A stretch of 64,000 nucleotides of DNA, taken from contig OZ219790.1 of the NCBI GenBank assembly GCA_964291215.2, positions 2,080,001-2,144,000 on the forward strand, given 5' to 3'. This document shows, piece by piece, positions 43,826 to 54,946 of the stretch. This stretch comes from Alphaproteobacteria bacterium (GTDB taxonomy: Bacteria; Pseudomonadota; Alphaproteobacteria; MPNO01; UBA830). Position numbers and translations under genes: made by a program. The notes beneath the pieces are model-generated. The model saw only the letters and a list, made by a program, of their open reading frames with translations. It did no database searches and was not told the DNA's origin. Position 1 is the first letter of the stretch. Each line of letters opens with the position of its first letter.

Positions 43826-46048
43826 TCAGGCCGGCTGGGCCTCTGCATCCCCGTCAGCTCCCCCGGGATGATCTTCCGGCCCGGCGTCCGATCCGGACCC
43901 CTCTGGCAGTTCCAGCGGCAGTTCGACGACAAATTCGGTGAATTCGCCGGCTTCGGATTCGACATGGATCGTGCCGCCGTGTTCCCGCACGATATCGTTG
44001 GAGAGCGCCAGCCCGAGCCCGGTGCCCTTGTCCGTGGGCTTAGTCGTGAAGAACGGGTTGAAGATCTTCTCGATGACCTCCGGTGGAATTCCGTTTCCGT
44101 TGTCCCGCACCTTGAACAGCACCCGATCGCCTTCGCGTTTCGTCGTCAGCCACATTGTTGGCGCAAACGGCGTTCCGTCGGCACCGGCCGTCCCGCCGTC
44201 CAGCATGCGGCGCTTCTGGTCGGCGGCATAGCAGGCATTGCTGACAAGGTTGAGGAAAACCCGACCGATCTCCTGCGACACGACACTCAGCTCGCCGACC
44301 TCGGGATCGAAATCCTCGTTGATGGTCAGCTGGAACTCGGAATCGGTTGCGCGGGCACTGTGATAGGCCAGCCGCGCGTGCTCTTCGAACAGGTCGTTGA
44401 CCTTGGTAATCTGCCGTTCGCCGGATCCACGGCCCATCTTGAGCATGTCATGGACGATGCGGTCGGCGCGGTCGCCATGTGAATGAATGAGCCTGAGGTT
44501 CTCCTGAAGGTCGCCCTCGATCTCACGCACCATCGAGCGATCGTCCTCTTCCATCTGCTCGACCTTGTCGCGGATCATCTCGTCAAGCTCCTCCAGGAGT
44601 TCCATCGAAACTTCGGAGAAGTTCTTCACGAAGTTCAGCGGGTTCTTGATCTCGTGCGCGACACCGGCCGTCAGCTCGCCGAGCGCGGCAAGCTTCTCCC
44701 GGACAACGATCTGGTCCTGTGCCTTGCCCAGGTCGGCGAGCGCGGTTTCCAGGCTGTCGTTCTTCTGCTGAAGCTCCTTGGCCAGCTCCTGCACGAGGTC
44801 GAGCCGCTGCGCGTCGAGCGAGCGGCGGCGGAAGATCTCGAGCGCCGAAGCCATTTCCGCAACCTCGTCGCGGCCCTGGACGACCACCACCTCCTCCAGC
44901 TTGCCCTGGGCCATCTGCCGCATGCGCCTGGACAGGTCGTCGAGACGGCGAATCAGGCTGCGGCCGACCAGAAGCCAGGCGATGACGATAGCGCCGACGA
45001 TCGCGATGCCGTTGAGAATGAGCAGGAGCTGCTGGCCTAGGACCATCGTCCGCTTGGATGCGACGGTCGCTTCGGCCACGCTGGCGCGAGACGCTTCGAC
45101 CAGCACCTCAACCTCGGCCGCGAGAGCTGCTGCCTGCTCCCTGTTGCGAACCAGTATCTCCCGTTCACGGGCGGCGAGCCTGAGCTCGCTGCCGCGAAGG
45201 TCGAATCCTCCTCTCTCGCCAATGGCGAGACTCAGGAGCTGGTCGAACAGGGGCGCCACCTCCGACCGCACCGCGGAGTCGTCGAGGACGACAAGATTAC
45301 GCTCCACACGTTTCGCGTTCGCCTCGAAACGCTCGCGAAGGGGCTCGAGCAGATCCACATCGGACAGGCTGTAGGCGTTGACCAGGATCTGCGTGCCGAT
45401 GGCGGCGCTCGACTGCAGTTCGGCGAGCAACCGATAACGATTGAATTCCCGTTCCCTGAACTCAGCCGTGAGATCTGCCGGCGGCCGGCCCCTGTCCAAA
45501 TAGCCGGTCGACGCAAAAAAGAACTGCGTATCGATGACCGGCAGCAGTATCCGCGAGAACTCCGTCTGAAGATACTCGAGCTGCCACCTCAGGGCTTCGC
45601 TCCGCTGCGCAAGGTCGAAGCGCTGGATCACAGACTGCTCGATAGCGCCGATATTGGAGATCAGCACCTCTCCGCTCCTGCGGATGCGGCTGACGCCCTC
45701 CGGATCGACGCCGAGGCGGACCAGGGCCTCGAGATTCTCGTCGAGGCCACGGCGCGCCGTGCTGATATCGATGATGGCGCTGGCCATCTCCTCCGGCGAC
45801 GACGCCGTCGTCAGGCGTGGCGCGGCGTCGACAAGGGCGCCGATGTGGCGCGCAACGCCGAACGCAGCCGCCATCTCCGGCACGCTCAGCTCGTTGACAC
45901 GCACCTGCGCGTCCTCAACCTCGCCAAAAGAGAGCCAGGCCACGAGACTCGCGACCATGGTCAGCGCCACCGCCGAACCCAGCCCGAGATACAGGCGGAC
46001 CGAGATGCGGTGGCGCCACCGTCCCACACCCGCCAGCCGTTCCGTCAT
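43826..46048 (-). CDS. Membrane sensor histidine kinase (large helical periplasmic domain, HAMP, HisKA, HATPase)
   Basis: Two TM segments, GRDEVAEMA HAMP, AHEIKNPLNF, NLVSNA, DNGNG, FFTTK..GTGLGL. Confidence 0.93.
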   Translation of the reverse strand: MTERLAGVGRWRHRISVRLYLGLGSAVALTMVASLVAWLSFGEVEDAQVRVNELSVPEMAAAFGVARHIGALVDAAPRLTTASSPEEMASAIIDISTARRGLDENLEALVRLGVDPEGVSRIRRSGEVLISNIGAIEQSVIQRFDLAQRSEALRWQLEYLQTEFSRILLPVIDTQFFFASTGYLDRGRPPADLTAEFREREFNRYRLLAELQSSAAIGTQILVNAYSLSDVDLLEPLRERFEANAKRVERNLVVLDDSAVRSEVAPLFDQLLSLAIGERGGFDLRGSELRLAAREREILVRNREQAAALAAEVEVLVEASRASVAEATVASKRTMVLGQQLLLILNGIAIVGAIVIAWLLVGRSLIRRLDDLSRRMRQMAQGKLEEVVVVQGRDEVAEMASALEIFRRRSLDAQRLDLVQELAKELQQKNDSLETALADLGKAQDQIVVREKLAALGELTAGVAHEIKNPLNFVKNFSEVSMELLEELDEMIRDKVEQMEEDDRSMVREIEGDLQENLRLIHSHGDRADRIVHDMLKMGRGSGERQITKVNDLFEEHARLAYHSARATDSEFQLTINEDFDPEVGELSVVSQEIGRVFLNLVSNACYAADQKRRMLDGGTAGADGTPFAPTMWLTTKREGDRVLFKVRDNGNGIPPEVIEKIFNPFFTTKPTDKGTGLGLALSNDIVREHGGTIHVESEAGEFTEFVVELPLELPEGSGSDAGPEDHPGGADGDAEAQPA

Positions 46049-47253
46049 TGCGCGCCTCCGGTCCCTGACCCGGGCGGGTAGCGCCTCTGCAGCTGAGCAA
46101 CCGGATGGTACCGGCCGTCCGCCCCGATCACGGTCAGGAAGACGTCATCCGATCCCTGGTTGTCACGCGGACCGAAATCGATCACGAATCCGTCGAGATC
46201 GATCGATCCTCCACCGCGCAGGCCGGTCAGGAAGCAGGCACGTGTGAGCGTGCGGCCGCAACGCTCGAGGCCCGCCAGGGCGAGACGTCCGGCAAGGTAG
46301 CCCTCGAGGGAAACGAAGCCGGGTGCGGCGTCCGGGCTGTGCGACGTCAGGGCGCGCCGGTACCGGACCACCACGGGCGGCGCGTCCGCGGCCGGGTACG
46401 GCATCACTTGGGTGACATAGACCCCGATCCCGTCCGCGCCGAGCGTACGCGCAAGCGCATTGCTGCCAACAAACGAAATCGTCATGAAGACCGGATTGAA
46501 ACCGATCGTGCGCGACCACGAGATCAATTCCGCCACCGGCCTGTAAGCGCCGACCAGCACCACGGCGTCGGGCGCCCCGCGGCGGAGATCGAGGAGCCCG
46601 GTTCTCACCGCCAGCGTATTGCGCGGATACACGCCGAGGGATGCCGGCTTCATGCCGCGACGTTCAAGGGCGAGCCTGACACCGTTGTAGCCAGCCTGGC
46701 CGAAGGAGTCATCCTGGTACATCACCGCAATCCGCGTGATGTCAAGATCGCGGATCAGGCGGCTGACCATTTCCTCCGTTTCCTGGTAATAGGAGGCGCG
46801 CAGGTTGACGACATCGCCGGCTGCAGCATCGCGCAGGAAGGCGGCCCCGGTGAACGGCGCGATGTACGGCACGCCCGCTTCGCGCGCAACGGGCGTCGCT
46901 GAACGCGATGTCGGGGTGCCAACTGCCCCGATCAGGGCAAAGACCCTGATCTGCTCTATCAATTCACGGGTATTGGCGATCGCGGCCTCAGGTTCATAGC
47001 CGTCATCGAGCGACCTCAGCTCGATGAGGCGGCCGTGGACCCCGCCGGCTGCGTTGGCTTCGGCAAACGCAGCCTCGATGCCGAGTCTCATGTTGCGCCC
47101 GAGATCCCCGGCCGGGCCCGAGAAGGCGGCCGACTGGCCGAACAGGACGCGCTGGTCGCTGACGCCGTTTTCGTCGGCGCGCACACCGGCCGCCGCCGAG
47201 ACGACCAGACCTGCAAGGACGGCAAGCGCGGCCGGACGGAAGGCCGGGATCAT
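46045..47253 (-). CDS. Periplasmic binding protein, leucine/amide-binding (type I PBP) family
   Basis: Signal peptide; GQSAAFSGPA, GGVHGR.IEL..LDDGYEP, GAVGTP, RASY..E, YQDDSFG. Confidence 0.9.
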   Translation of the reverse strand: MIPAFRPAALAVLAGLVVSAAAGVRADENGVSDQRVLFGQSAAFSGPAGDLGRNMRLGIEAAFAEANAAGGVHGRLIELRSLDDGYEPEAAIANTRELIEQIRVFALIGAVGTPTSRSATPVAREAGVPYIAPFTGAAFLRDAAAGDVVNLRASYYQETEEMVSRLIRDLDITRIAVMYQDDSFGQAGYNGVRLALERRGMKPASLGVYPRNTLAVRTGLLDLRRGAPDAVVLVGAYRPVAELISWSRTIGFNPVFMTISFVGSNALARTLGADGIGVYVTQVMPYPAADAPPVVVRYRRALTSHSPDAAPGFVSLEGYLAGRLALAGLERCGRTLTRACFLTGLRGGGSIDLDGFVIDFGPRDNQGSDDVFLTVIGADGRYHPVAQLQRRYPPGSGTGGAQ

Positions 47254-48893
47254 TCGCGCCTCCGTTTGACCAGCACCAGGTAATTCTTGTCGTGTTCGCG
47301 CCGGTAGCGGATTTCATCCATCAGCTCGCGTACGAGGTGCACTCCAAGTCCGCCGATCTTGCGATCCTCGATCGAGGATTCGGTGTCGGGTGCCAGCGCA
47401 TCCTGAAGGGGATCGAAGGGCTTTCCGTCATCGATGATCTCGATCGTGAGCGACTCGGGGCTCGACGTCAGCGAGATGTCGACCTCGTGAATCTCGTCGT
47501 CGTCATGACCGTGATTGATGACGTTCATGAGCACTTCCTCAAGCGAGAGCTTGACCTGGAAGATGATGTCCGTCGGCAGTTCCTCCTGTTCGCCCAGCAC
47601 ATCGACGGTATCCAGAAGGCGTTCGACCTCTTCGACCCTCGTCTCGAAGGAGAATGACTGATGGGTCACCCGACCAGTCGGCTCGGCCGCGCCTTCCGCA
47701 ACGGCAGGGTGGTCGTCGGCACCGGCTTCTGCCGCGTCCTGGGTCCGCATCAGGGTGATGCAGGTAATGTCGTCCGACTGGTGGTGGTCTCCGGCGAACG
47801 CATGCACGGCTTCGAACACGGCCGCGTTCGCGGCCCTGGCGTCCGCAACCGCACGCCCGGCAAACAGGTCGAACAGGCGCTCGAGCCCGAACTGTTCGCC
47901 GTCGGCTTTCTCCGCCTCCGTCACGCCGTCGGTAAAGAGCACGACGAAATCGCCGGGACTAAGCGAGATGCTGGCGGTCCCGTACGGCATGTCGTCCATC
48001 ACGCCGAGCGCGATTCCCTCGGTTGTCGACAGTTCCTCGCTGTTGCCATCGGCACGCACGATCACCGGCGGGTTGTGACCGCCGTTCGAATAGGTGAGGA
48101 GCCCCGTGGCGGGGTCGTAGATGCCGTAGAAGACGGTGACGAACATCGCCGCATTGTTATCCTCGACGAGCAGGTTGTTGACCTCGCGAAGGACCTCGCC
48201 CGGACTATCGAGGCCGATTGCCGCACCCTTCAGGAGCGTACGGCTCGTCATCATGAACATGGCAGCATGCACGCCCTTGTCGGAGACATCGGCAACGGCG
48301 AGGCCGATCCGGCCGTGTTCGAGATTGACGACATCGAAGAAATCGCCGCCCACCTCCTTGGCCGGCAGCATGCTGGCAAATACGTCATGGTTGGGGCCCG
48401 TCGGAAAAGTCGTCGTCAGGATCGACTGCTGCATCTGGCTGGCGACATCGAGTTCCTGCTGCAACGCGACCAGCCTGTCGCGCGAAGCCAGCGCCTCGCG
48501 CCACACTTTCATGTTGCTCAGCGTGCGCTCGATCGTGATGCGCATGTCCTCGAAGTCTATCGGCTTGGTGATGAAGTCGAAGGCGCCGCGGTTCATTGCC
48601 GTGCGTATGTTCTTCATGTCGCCGTAGGCGGAGACGATGACCGCGCGGATATCGGAATCGGCGCGCTGGATCTGCTCGAGAAGTGCAAGGCCGTCCATTC
48701 GCGGCATGTTTATGTCCGACAGCACCATGTCGATATCATCGTGTTCCTGAAGGCGTTCGAGCGCCTCGATGCCGTCATGCGCAAAATAGAACTTGTACTG
48801 GCCTTCGCGGATGTCGCGCCGCATGCGCTGGCGCACCAGTCGCTCAAGATCGGGCTCATCGTCCACCACGAGGATACCGTGAGACTCGGTCAT
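47250..48893 (-). CDS. REC + SpoIIE/PP2C (RsbU-like) phosphatase + C-terminal RsbW-like HATPase fusion
   Basis: VVDDE..SDINMP..K; VGGDFFD, ADVSDKG, GGHNPP, FTDGVTE, DDIT; EEVLMNVINHG, DDG.PFDP, GGLG. Confidence 0.9.
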   Translation of the reverse strand: MTESHGILVVDDEPDLERLVRQRMRRDIREGQYKFYFAHDGIEALERLQEHDDIDMVLSDINMPRMDGLALLEQIQRADSDIRAVIVSAYGDMKNIRTAMNRGAFDFITKPIDFEDMRITIERTLSNMKVWREALASRDRLVALQQELDVASQMQQSILTTTFPTGPNHDVFASMLPAKEVGGDFFDVVNLEHGRIGLAVADVSDKGVHAAMFMMTSRTLLKGAAIGLDSPGEVLREVNNLLVEDNNAAMFVTVFYGIYDPATGLLTYSNGGHNPPVIVRADGNSEELSTTEGIALGVMDDMPYGTASISLSPGDFVVLFTDGVTEAEKADGEQFGLERLFDLFAGRAVADARAANAAVFEAVHAFAGDHHQSDDITCITLMRTQDAAEAGADDHPAVAEGAAEPTGRVTHQSFSFETRVEEVERLLDTVDVLGEQEELPTDIIFQVKLSLEEVLMNVINHGHDDDEIHEVDISLTSSPESLTIEIIDDGKPFDPLQDALAPDTESSIEDRKIGGLGVHLVRELMDEIRYRREHDKNYLVLVKRRRE

Positions 48894-49048
48894 GCTTCCC
48901 GCCCCATATCTTGTATGCGCCAACGGCGCTTTCGGACGCAGCGGTGAACCCCGCGGCGGCGAGCGTCGCGGCCCGGGTTCCGGTGCCACCGCATCTTCCC
49001 CAGACGAGACCGTGATTGTCAAGGGCTGCGCGACCGGACGCGCACGGA

Positions 49049-49435
49049 TCAGCCCTTCGGCAGCGCCCGATCGATGATGGTCCGCAGGTGTTCGAAATCT
49101 ATGGGCTTGGTCAGGAAGTCGTAGGCGCCGAGATCCATCGCGTTCCTGATGTTCTGGTCGTCGCCGTAGGCCGAGACGATGACCGCGTGGATCCCGGGAG
49201 CGACGTCCGGGAGGTGCTTGAGGAGCGTGAGCCCGTCCATCTCAGGCATGTTGATGTCGGACAGAACTAGGGAGATACCGCCTTCCTCGGCGAGGCGTTC
49301 TAGCGCCTCAACGCCGTCATGGGCAAAAACGAACACATAGCGGCCGGCGCGGATCTCGCGCCGCATGCGCTGGCGCACCAGCCGTTCGAGATCGGGCTCG
49401 TCGTCGACCATGAGAATGCAAGGACTCTCTGCCAT
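49049..49435 (-). CDS. Single-domain response regulator
   Basis: VDDE, SDINMP.MDG, SAYG, FLTKP. Confidence 0.9.
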   Translation of the reverse strand: MAESPCILMVDDEPDLERLVRQRMRREIRAGRYVFVFAHDGVEALERLAEEGGISLVLSDINMPEMDGLTLLKHLPDVAPGIHAVIVSAYGDDQNIRNAMDLGAYDFLTKPIDFEHLRTIIDRALPKG

Positions 49436-49469
49436 CTCTCTTCCCCCAGCCTGTGCCGCGCGCACCAGT

Positions 49470-52400
49470 CTAGCGCTCATCGACCGGCCCCACCAGCGCT
49501 TCGAACTGTCGCGTTACCTCGAGGGCTGTATCGGCCATCACGCCCCTCAGGGTGTCGAAATCGGCGATCCCGCAAGCGCGGCTGATCGCCCGCTTCAGCC
49601 CCGGCGTCGCCCGATTCTCGACGAACTCGCCGCCCACGGTCAAGCGGAGGATGCCCTGCAGGTTGCGCCACAGCAGGGCGGCGGTGGCGAGGCGCTCCGC
49701 GACTCCGGGATCGATCAGGCTCCGGCTGCCAGCGGCCTCCAGTACCGCTACGGGATCGCGCACGAGGATCTCCGGACTGGCAGCCCCGTGACGCAGCTGC
49801 AGGTACTGGGCGATGAACTCCACATCCACCAGCCCGCCGCGCATGTGCTTGATGTCCCATGGCCCGCCGCCGCCATGCTCGCGCCAGATGCGCGTGCGCA
49901 TTCCGGTCACCGCCAGCATCAGCTCCTCCGGATCCCGCTCCTGAGTGAGAACCTCGCGGATCACGTCATCGAGCCGTTCGCCAAGGTCTCCCGCGGCGTG
50001 AAGGACACGGGCCCGGGTCAGCGCCTGATGCTCCCATATCCACGCGTCGGTTTCCTGATAGCGCGCGAAGGACTCGAAGGAGGTGGCGATCGGGCCCGAA
50101 TTCCCGGTCGGGCGGAGCCGCATGTCGACCTCGTAGAGCTTGCCGTCGGCGGTCGGAGAGGTGACGGCGCTGATGAACCGGCGGCACAGCTGGGCGTAAT
50201 ACTGGCTCGGCGCCAACGGCCGGTTGCCATCCGACGAGCCGCACGCGGGATCGTGGTCGTAGACGAAGAGCAGGTCGAGGTCCGAGCCGACCGTCAACTC
50301 GCGGCTGCCGAGCTTGCCGAGCGCAAGGAGGGCGATCCTGCCGCCGGCGATCCTGCCGTGGCGCTGCGCGAAGTCGCGCTCGACGAAAGGCAGCAACGCG
50401 ACGAGGCAGGACTGGGCGATGGCCGACAGCGGCGAGCCGGCCTCGGCCGGCGCGAACAAGCCGCGCAGCATGTGAACGCCGAGGCGGAACACGCGATCGT
50501 GGGCCCAGCGGCGCTCAAGGTCCATGAAGTCCTGCAGATCGCGCGCCTCGCCGGCGACGACCGCAAGCTCGGCCGCCATCTCGTCAAGGCCGAATTCGCG
50601 CGCGTAATAGAGGCGGATCAGGCCACGGCGGGCGTCGTCGGCGACCGCGGCGTCGAGATCCTCGCTGTCGGGCACATCGAGATCGGAGAAGTCCCGGGCG
50701 AGCACGCTGTCGAGCAGCGCCGGGCGGTGGCTGAGCCACTCGGCAAGGCCCGGGGCCGAACCCATGATCTCGGCGACCAGGTCGAGAAGGCCGGGATTGG
50801 ACATGAACACGGAGAAGACCTGTATGCCGGCCGGCAGGCGCGCGAGGAACTGGTCGAAATGCAGGATCGCGGCATCGGGGTCGAGCGTCCCCGAAAACGC
50901 CTCGAGGACCGCCGGCACGAGCTCGGTCAGCAGTTCCCGCGCCCGCGTGCTCCGCGTCGAGCGGTAGCGGCCGGCATGCCATGCCCGCACCAGCGACGAA
51001 ACGCGCTCCGCATCCTCGTAGCCCATGGCGGCAATCGTCTCGAGGGTGTCGGGATCGTGATCGCCGCCGGTGAAGACCAGGTTGCCCGGCCCCGCGAGGT
51101 CGGGCTCGTCTTCGAACAGACGCGCATAATGGTGTTCGACCGTCTCCAGCCGCGTGCGCAGCGCCGCCGAGAAGGCGTCCACCGAATCATGGCCCGCGAA
51201 CGCCGCAAGGCGCCCGAGTTCGCCCGCCTCCTCGGGCACGCTGTGGGTCTGGCGGTCGTCAACCATCTGCAGGCGGTGCTCAAGCCGGCGCAGGAACCCG
51301 TACGCCTCCTTGAGATCCTCTGCAGTCCGCCGCTGCACCTGACCGGTGGCGACCAGCCGGTCGAGGGCCTCGACGGTCCCGCGCACGCGCAGGCGGGGAT
51401 CTCGACCGCCCCATATGAGCTGCTGAGTCTGCGCGAAAAACTCGATCTCGCGGATGCCACCGCGGCCAAGCTTCACGTTGTGTCCGGCGATCGCGATCGC
51501 CGAACTGCCGCGGTGAGCGTTGATCTGGCGCTTGATGGAATGGATGTCCTGGATGGCCGCGAAGTCGAGATGACGGCGCCACATGAAGGGGCGCAGGTAG
51601 TCGAGGAACTCGAGGGCTCTCTCGATGTCGCCGGCGACCGGCTGCGCCTTGATCATGGCGGCGCGTTCCCAGTTCTGGCCCGCGCTCTCATAATACATCT
51701 CGGCCGCCCGCACCGACAGCGCTGGCGCCGTCGATCCAGGGTCGGGGCGCAGGCGCAGGTCGGTGCGGAACACGTAACCGTCGGCGGTGCGCTCGTCGAG
51801 CAGCACGACGAGGTTGCGCGCAAACCGGGTGAAGACCTGCTGGACCCTGTCTTCGTCGACACCGGGCAGCCGGTCCGGATCGTAGAGGATAATGAGATCG
51901 ATATCGCTCGAATAGTTGAGCTCGCGAGCCCCGAGCTTGCCCATGCCGAGCACGATCAGCCCGGATCCCCTCTCCGGATCCTCCGGATGCGGCAGTTCGA
52001 AGCGGCCGGCATCGTGGAGTTCGCGAAGCAGGAAGCGGCAAGCGGCGCTAAGCGCCGCCCCGGCGAGGTCGGACAAAGCACCGGTGACCTTCTCGAGCGA
52101 CCACGCCGAGGCGATGTCGGCCATCCCTATCGCGAGCGCGGCCTGGCGCTTGACGAGGCGGAGCCGCTTCATGACGGTGGCCTTCGATTGTGGGCCGGTC
52201 GCGGTGTCGTCCTTGAGGGCAGAAAGCGCAATGGCCAAGGCTTCGTCGGGTCCGGCCTCCAGCAACAGTCGGGCGAAATCAAGGTCGGCAGTCAAGCTGC
52301 GGCTCAGATAGGTGCTGTTGCCGAAGACCGAACGGAGCAGTGCCGCCGCGGCCGGGTCAGCGACGGCCTCGGCAGCGAAAGCCGCGATGTCTTCGTCGTC

Positions 52401-52577
52401 GGTGCGCGCCGCGGCGTCGTGCCACTGTCCGAGATGGAGTTCGAGAGCCTCGGGATTGCCGGCAGAAGGCAGCGCCTCGCCGCCGCCCCATGTCCCTGAT
52501 AGCTTCACCGACTTCGCCTCGCCGACCCGATCCGTCGCGGACCGCGTGCCCGTCGGCGCCGCCTCCCGCTTCTGCAA
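49470..52577 (-). CDS. glnE: Glutamine synthetase adenylyltransferase/deadenylase (start uncertain)
   Basis: Two nucleotidyltransferase domains GMGKLGARELNYSSDIDL and LGKLGSREL..GSDLDL; DLRLRP, KLGRGGIREIEF, DMRLRP, KHMRGGLVDVEF. Confidence 0.95.
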   Translation of the reverse strand: MQKREAAPTGTRSATDRVGEAKSVKLSGTWGGGEALPSAGNPEALELHLGQWHDAAARTDDEDIAAFAAEAVADPAAAALLRSVFGNSTYLSRSLTADLDFARLLLEAGPDEALAIALSALKDDTATGPQSKATVMKRLRLVKRQAALAIGMADIASAWSLEKVTGALSDLAGAALSAACRFLLRELHDAGRFELPHPEDPERGSGLIVLGMGKLGARELNYSSDIDLIILYDPDRLPGVDEDRVQQVFTRFARNLVVLLDERTADGYVFRTDLRLRPDPGSTAPALSVRAAEMYYESAGQNWERAAMIKAQPVAGDIERALEFLDYLRPFMWRRHLDFAAIQDIHSIKRQINAHRGSSAIAIAGHNVKLGRGGIREIEFFAQTQQLIWGGRDPRLRVRGTVEALDRLVATGQVQRRTAEDLKEAYGFLRRLEHRLQMVDDRQTHSVPEEAGELGRLAAFAGHDSVDAFSAALRTRLETVEHHYARLFEDEPDLAGPGNLVFTGGDHDPDTLETIAAMGYEDAERVSSLVRAWHAGRYRSTRSTRARELLTELVPAVLEAFSGTLDPDAAILHFDQFLARLPAGIQVFSVFMSNPGLLDLVAEIMGSAPGLAEWLSHRPALLDSVLARDFSDLDVPDSEDLDAAVADDARRGLIRLYYAREFGLDEMAAELAVVAGEARDLQDFMDLERRWAHDRVFRLGVHMLRGLFAPAEAGSPLSAIAQSCLVALLPFVERDFAQRHGRIAGGRIALLALGKLGSRELTVGSDLDLLFVYDHDPACGSSDGNRPLAPSQYYAQLCRRFISAVTSPTADGKLYEVDMRLRPTGNSGPIATSFESFARYQETDAWIWEHQALTRARVLHAAGDLGERLDDVIREVLTQERDPEELMLAVTGMRTRIWREHGGGGPWDIKHMRGGLVDVEFIAQYLQLRHGAASPEILVRDPVAVLEAAGSRSLIDPGVAERLATAALLWRNLQGILRLTVGGEFVENRATPGLKRAISRACGIADFDTLRGVMADTALEVTRQFEALVGPVDER

Positions 52578-53036
52578 TCCTAACCGCCGACAGCGGCGTT
52601 GTCAGCCGCCTGACCGCCACCGCCATTTCCTGCGCCCAGCGTTGGGGTAACCCAGAGTCCGTCACGAAACAAGCGCGTCTGTGTTGGGTGTTTGCAAGAG
52701 TGAATAGTTCCACTTGTCCCGGAGTTTTGCGCGCTTGATGTCGAGGGCTTTTATCTCGGCATCGTCGACCTTAATGTCCCCGTTCCATAGTGAAGTGCGA
52801 CACATGATGGGCTGTGACCATGTGTTTTTAGACGCATGATGTTGCGAAGCGGTAGCGGCGAGAGTTCCTGTACAAGATGAAGGGCACCTGTTCACGTCCA
52901 AAGGCTACCGTCACCTACGAAGAACGATGCCAGATTGAGGCAGAAAAGCGGTCTTTCACGAGGTGCGATTGCTCAGTAGCTGGGCCGTGACCGATCAACA
53001 ATTTTCTGGGAGATCAAGCGCAACGCTGGGGGACGG

Positions 53037-54823
53037 CAAGGTGATCCCATGCTTGTTGATGTGATGTGATCGGAGTCCTGATCGCGGCGCGGGTCGACGC
53101 GTTCGAGGCTGCGATTTTGAGATTTGCTGACGCGCTGTTACGGCGCGGGGCGCGATTGGTCGGCGTATCCGGGGCGAGCGAGAGGCCTTGGTTGCCGGGC
53201 TCGAAAGCTTGCAGTTTCTGTCGGGGAGAGAGGCGCGGTCAGCCTGGTCTTGTGATTGCGTGCAGGACCTGCCTGCGCTTGTCGGCATAGTGGTGTCGAC
53301 GAAGCTGTTGAAGGGTTTGGGCAGCTTGCGTTTGTTGCGGATGATGATTGCGAGGGTGATCGCGTTGTTTGCGGGCGCGTTCGGAGCATGGAGTCGTCTT
53401 CGCGGAAGGTGGCGTCGCGGACATGATGATGGCTCTCGACTACCCAGTGTCCACGATTCCATGCGAGCAGCTGTTGCGGCGAGGCGCGTTCGGCCGAGGT
53501 CATGGCGTATTCGGTTGTCCGTTTTCCGGATTTCTTGAATTCGACGCGCCGGGTGACGCGGCAGATCTGCTTGACTAGTTGATCATCTTCGCCAGCGGGG
53601 TGAAGATGGTGCGCTGGCGGCCATGCGCGGGCTTTTCGTTGTAGCGCTGGCGGTCTTCCAGTTGATGCTCTCTCGAAGGTGCGTTGCCCTTGACCATCAG
53701 TCCGCGCGATGGGTCTCGATGGTCAGCCGCGCGGGTGGTGTGGAGCGCGTCGAGGGTGAGCAGACGGCCGGCAACCGGCGCCGTCGCGGCGTGGACGGCA
53801 GCGATCTCCCCGTCGTTATAGTTGAGGATCGAAACCGGCATACCGGTCCCGTGCCAGCGAGACCGTCTCGTAATGATCCTCGCCGGTGCGCTTGCCGTCG
53901 ACCGCGTTGCCGACCTGCGGCTGCGCGCCGCATCCTCGATCCATCCCGGGTCGGTGTTCTGCAGCACCCGGTGCACGGTCGATTTGGAAACCGGCTTGTC
54001 CCTGTTCTTCCATGCTGCTCCAGCTCCTTCTGTGTCGTAGTGCGCCGCCGCCACCGCGCCGGTTCGCAAGCCAGCAAAATCACGCACAGCACCGAGGCGA
54101 TGCCCCTGCGCACGCCGGAAAGCGCCGCTGATAAATCGAGCGCAACTCCTGCGCCGACCAGCGGCGCCCGCAATTCCCACGCCGCAGGAAGCGGCGAACG
54201 ATCCCGCGTCACGACGCAGCGGAAACACGTAAAGATCCTTCGCCTCCCCGGTCGGTATAGCGCCCGCTGGCGCGCGCATAGCTCCTGCCAACGCACTCCC
54301 AGTTCGCCGCCTTGTACATGGTGCCGCTGAACTTCGTCGGCAAGACAAACGACTCCGCAACAAGCAACGGATGGCCGTACGCAGCCTCCCAGTCGCCGCC
54401 GCACCATCCGCGACAACGCAAACGAGGCCCGGAAACGACCACCAAGAACAACAAACCTCGTGTTGTTCCCGGCAACCGCCTGAACTGTTCCTCGCGGCGC
54501 CAGCCAACGGGTGCGCAGCTGAGGGCGCCCGTCTGCGAGCCCGCAGCGCCAATCCACCGCCCGCGCCAGGTGAACACGCAGACCTCGACCGGCAAACTGC
54601 TTGAAACCAAGATACGGTCAACAACACGGTTCCAGCGACATCAGGCCGCGCAAGGCGCACAACCACATCCCGGAGCTCAAAACCCTCCGGAGTCGTCTCA
54701 AAAAAATCCGCTGCCCCCACGACAACGGATACTACGCCGCTTCACAAAAAGCCAGCGAAAATACGAATCATCCTGAACAAGCGAAACCGACCCTTCCAAC
54801 AAACCTAGCGTGGGATCACCGTG
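53037..54823 (-). mobile_element. ISAs1-family element with N-terminal DUF4338 domain, degraded
   Basis: TIR CA(A/C)GGTGATCCCA(T/C)GCT; TSD (T/C)GGGGGACGG; DWEAAYGHPLLVAESFV...GTMYKAANW; VDGK, TLDALHT, VKGN, RGHWVVES.H.VRD..FRED. Confidence 0.82.
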
Positions 54824-54946
54824 CGGGGGACGGGGTTACCGGGTACTGTAACTTGATGTCTGGAAATTTGTCTGAGGTTTGCGCTTTGAGGCATTTCACT
54901 GGGGGGCTAGTAGTCCACCGGCATTGTATTGATGGTTTTGGTGGGT

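Noticed and set aside
49365-52499. 1044-aa plus-strand ORF
   Set aside because: Antisense shadow of glnE in GC-rich DNA; no motifs
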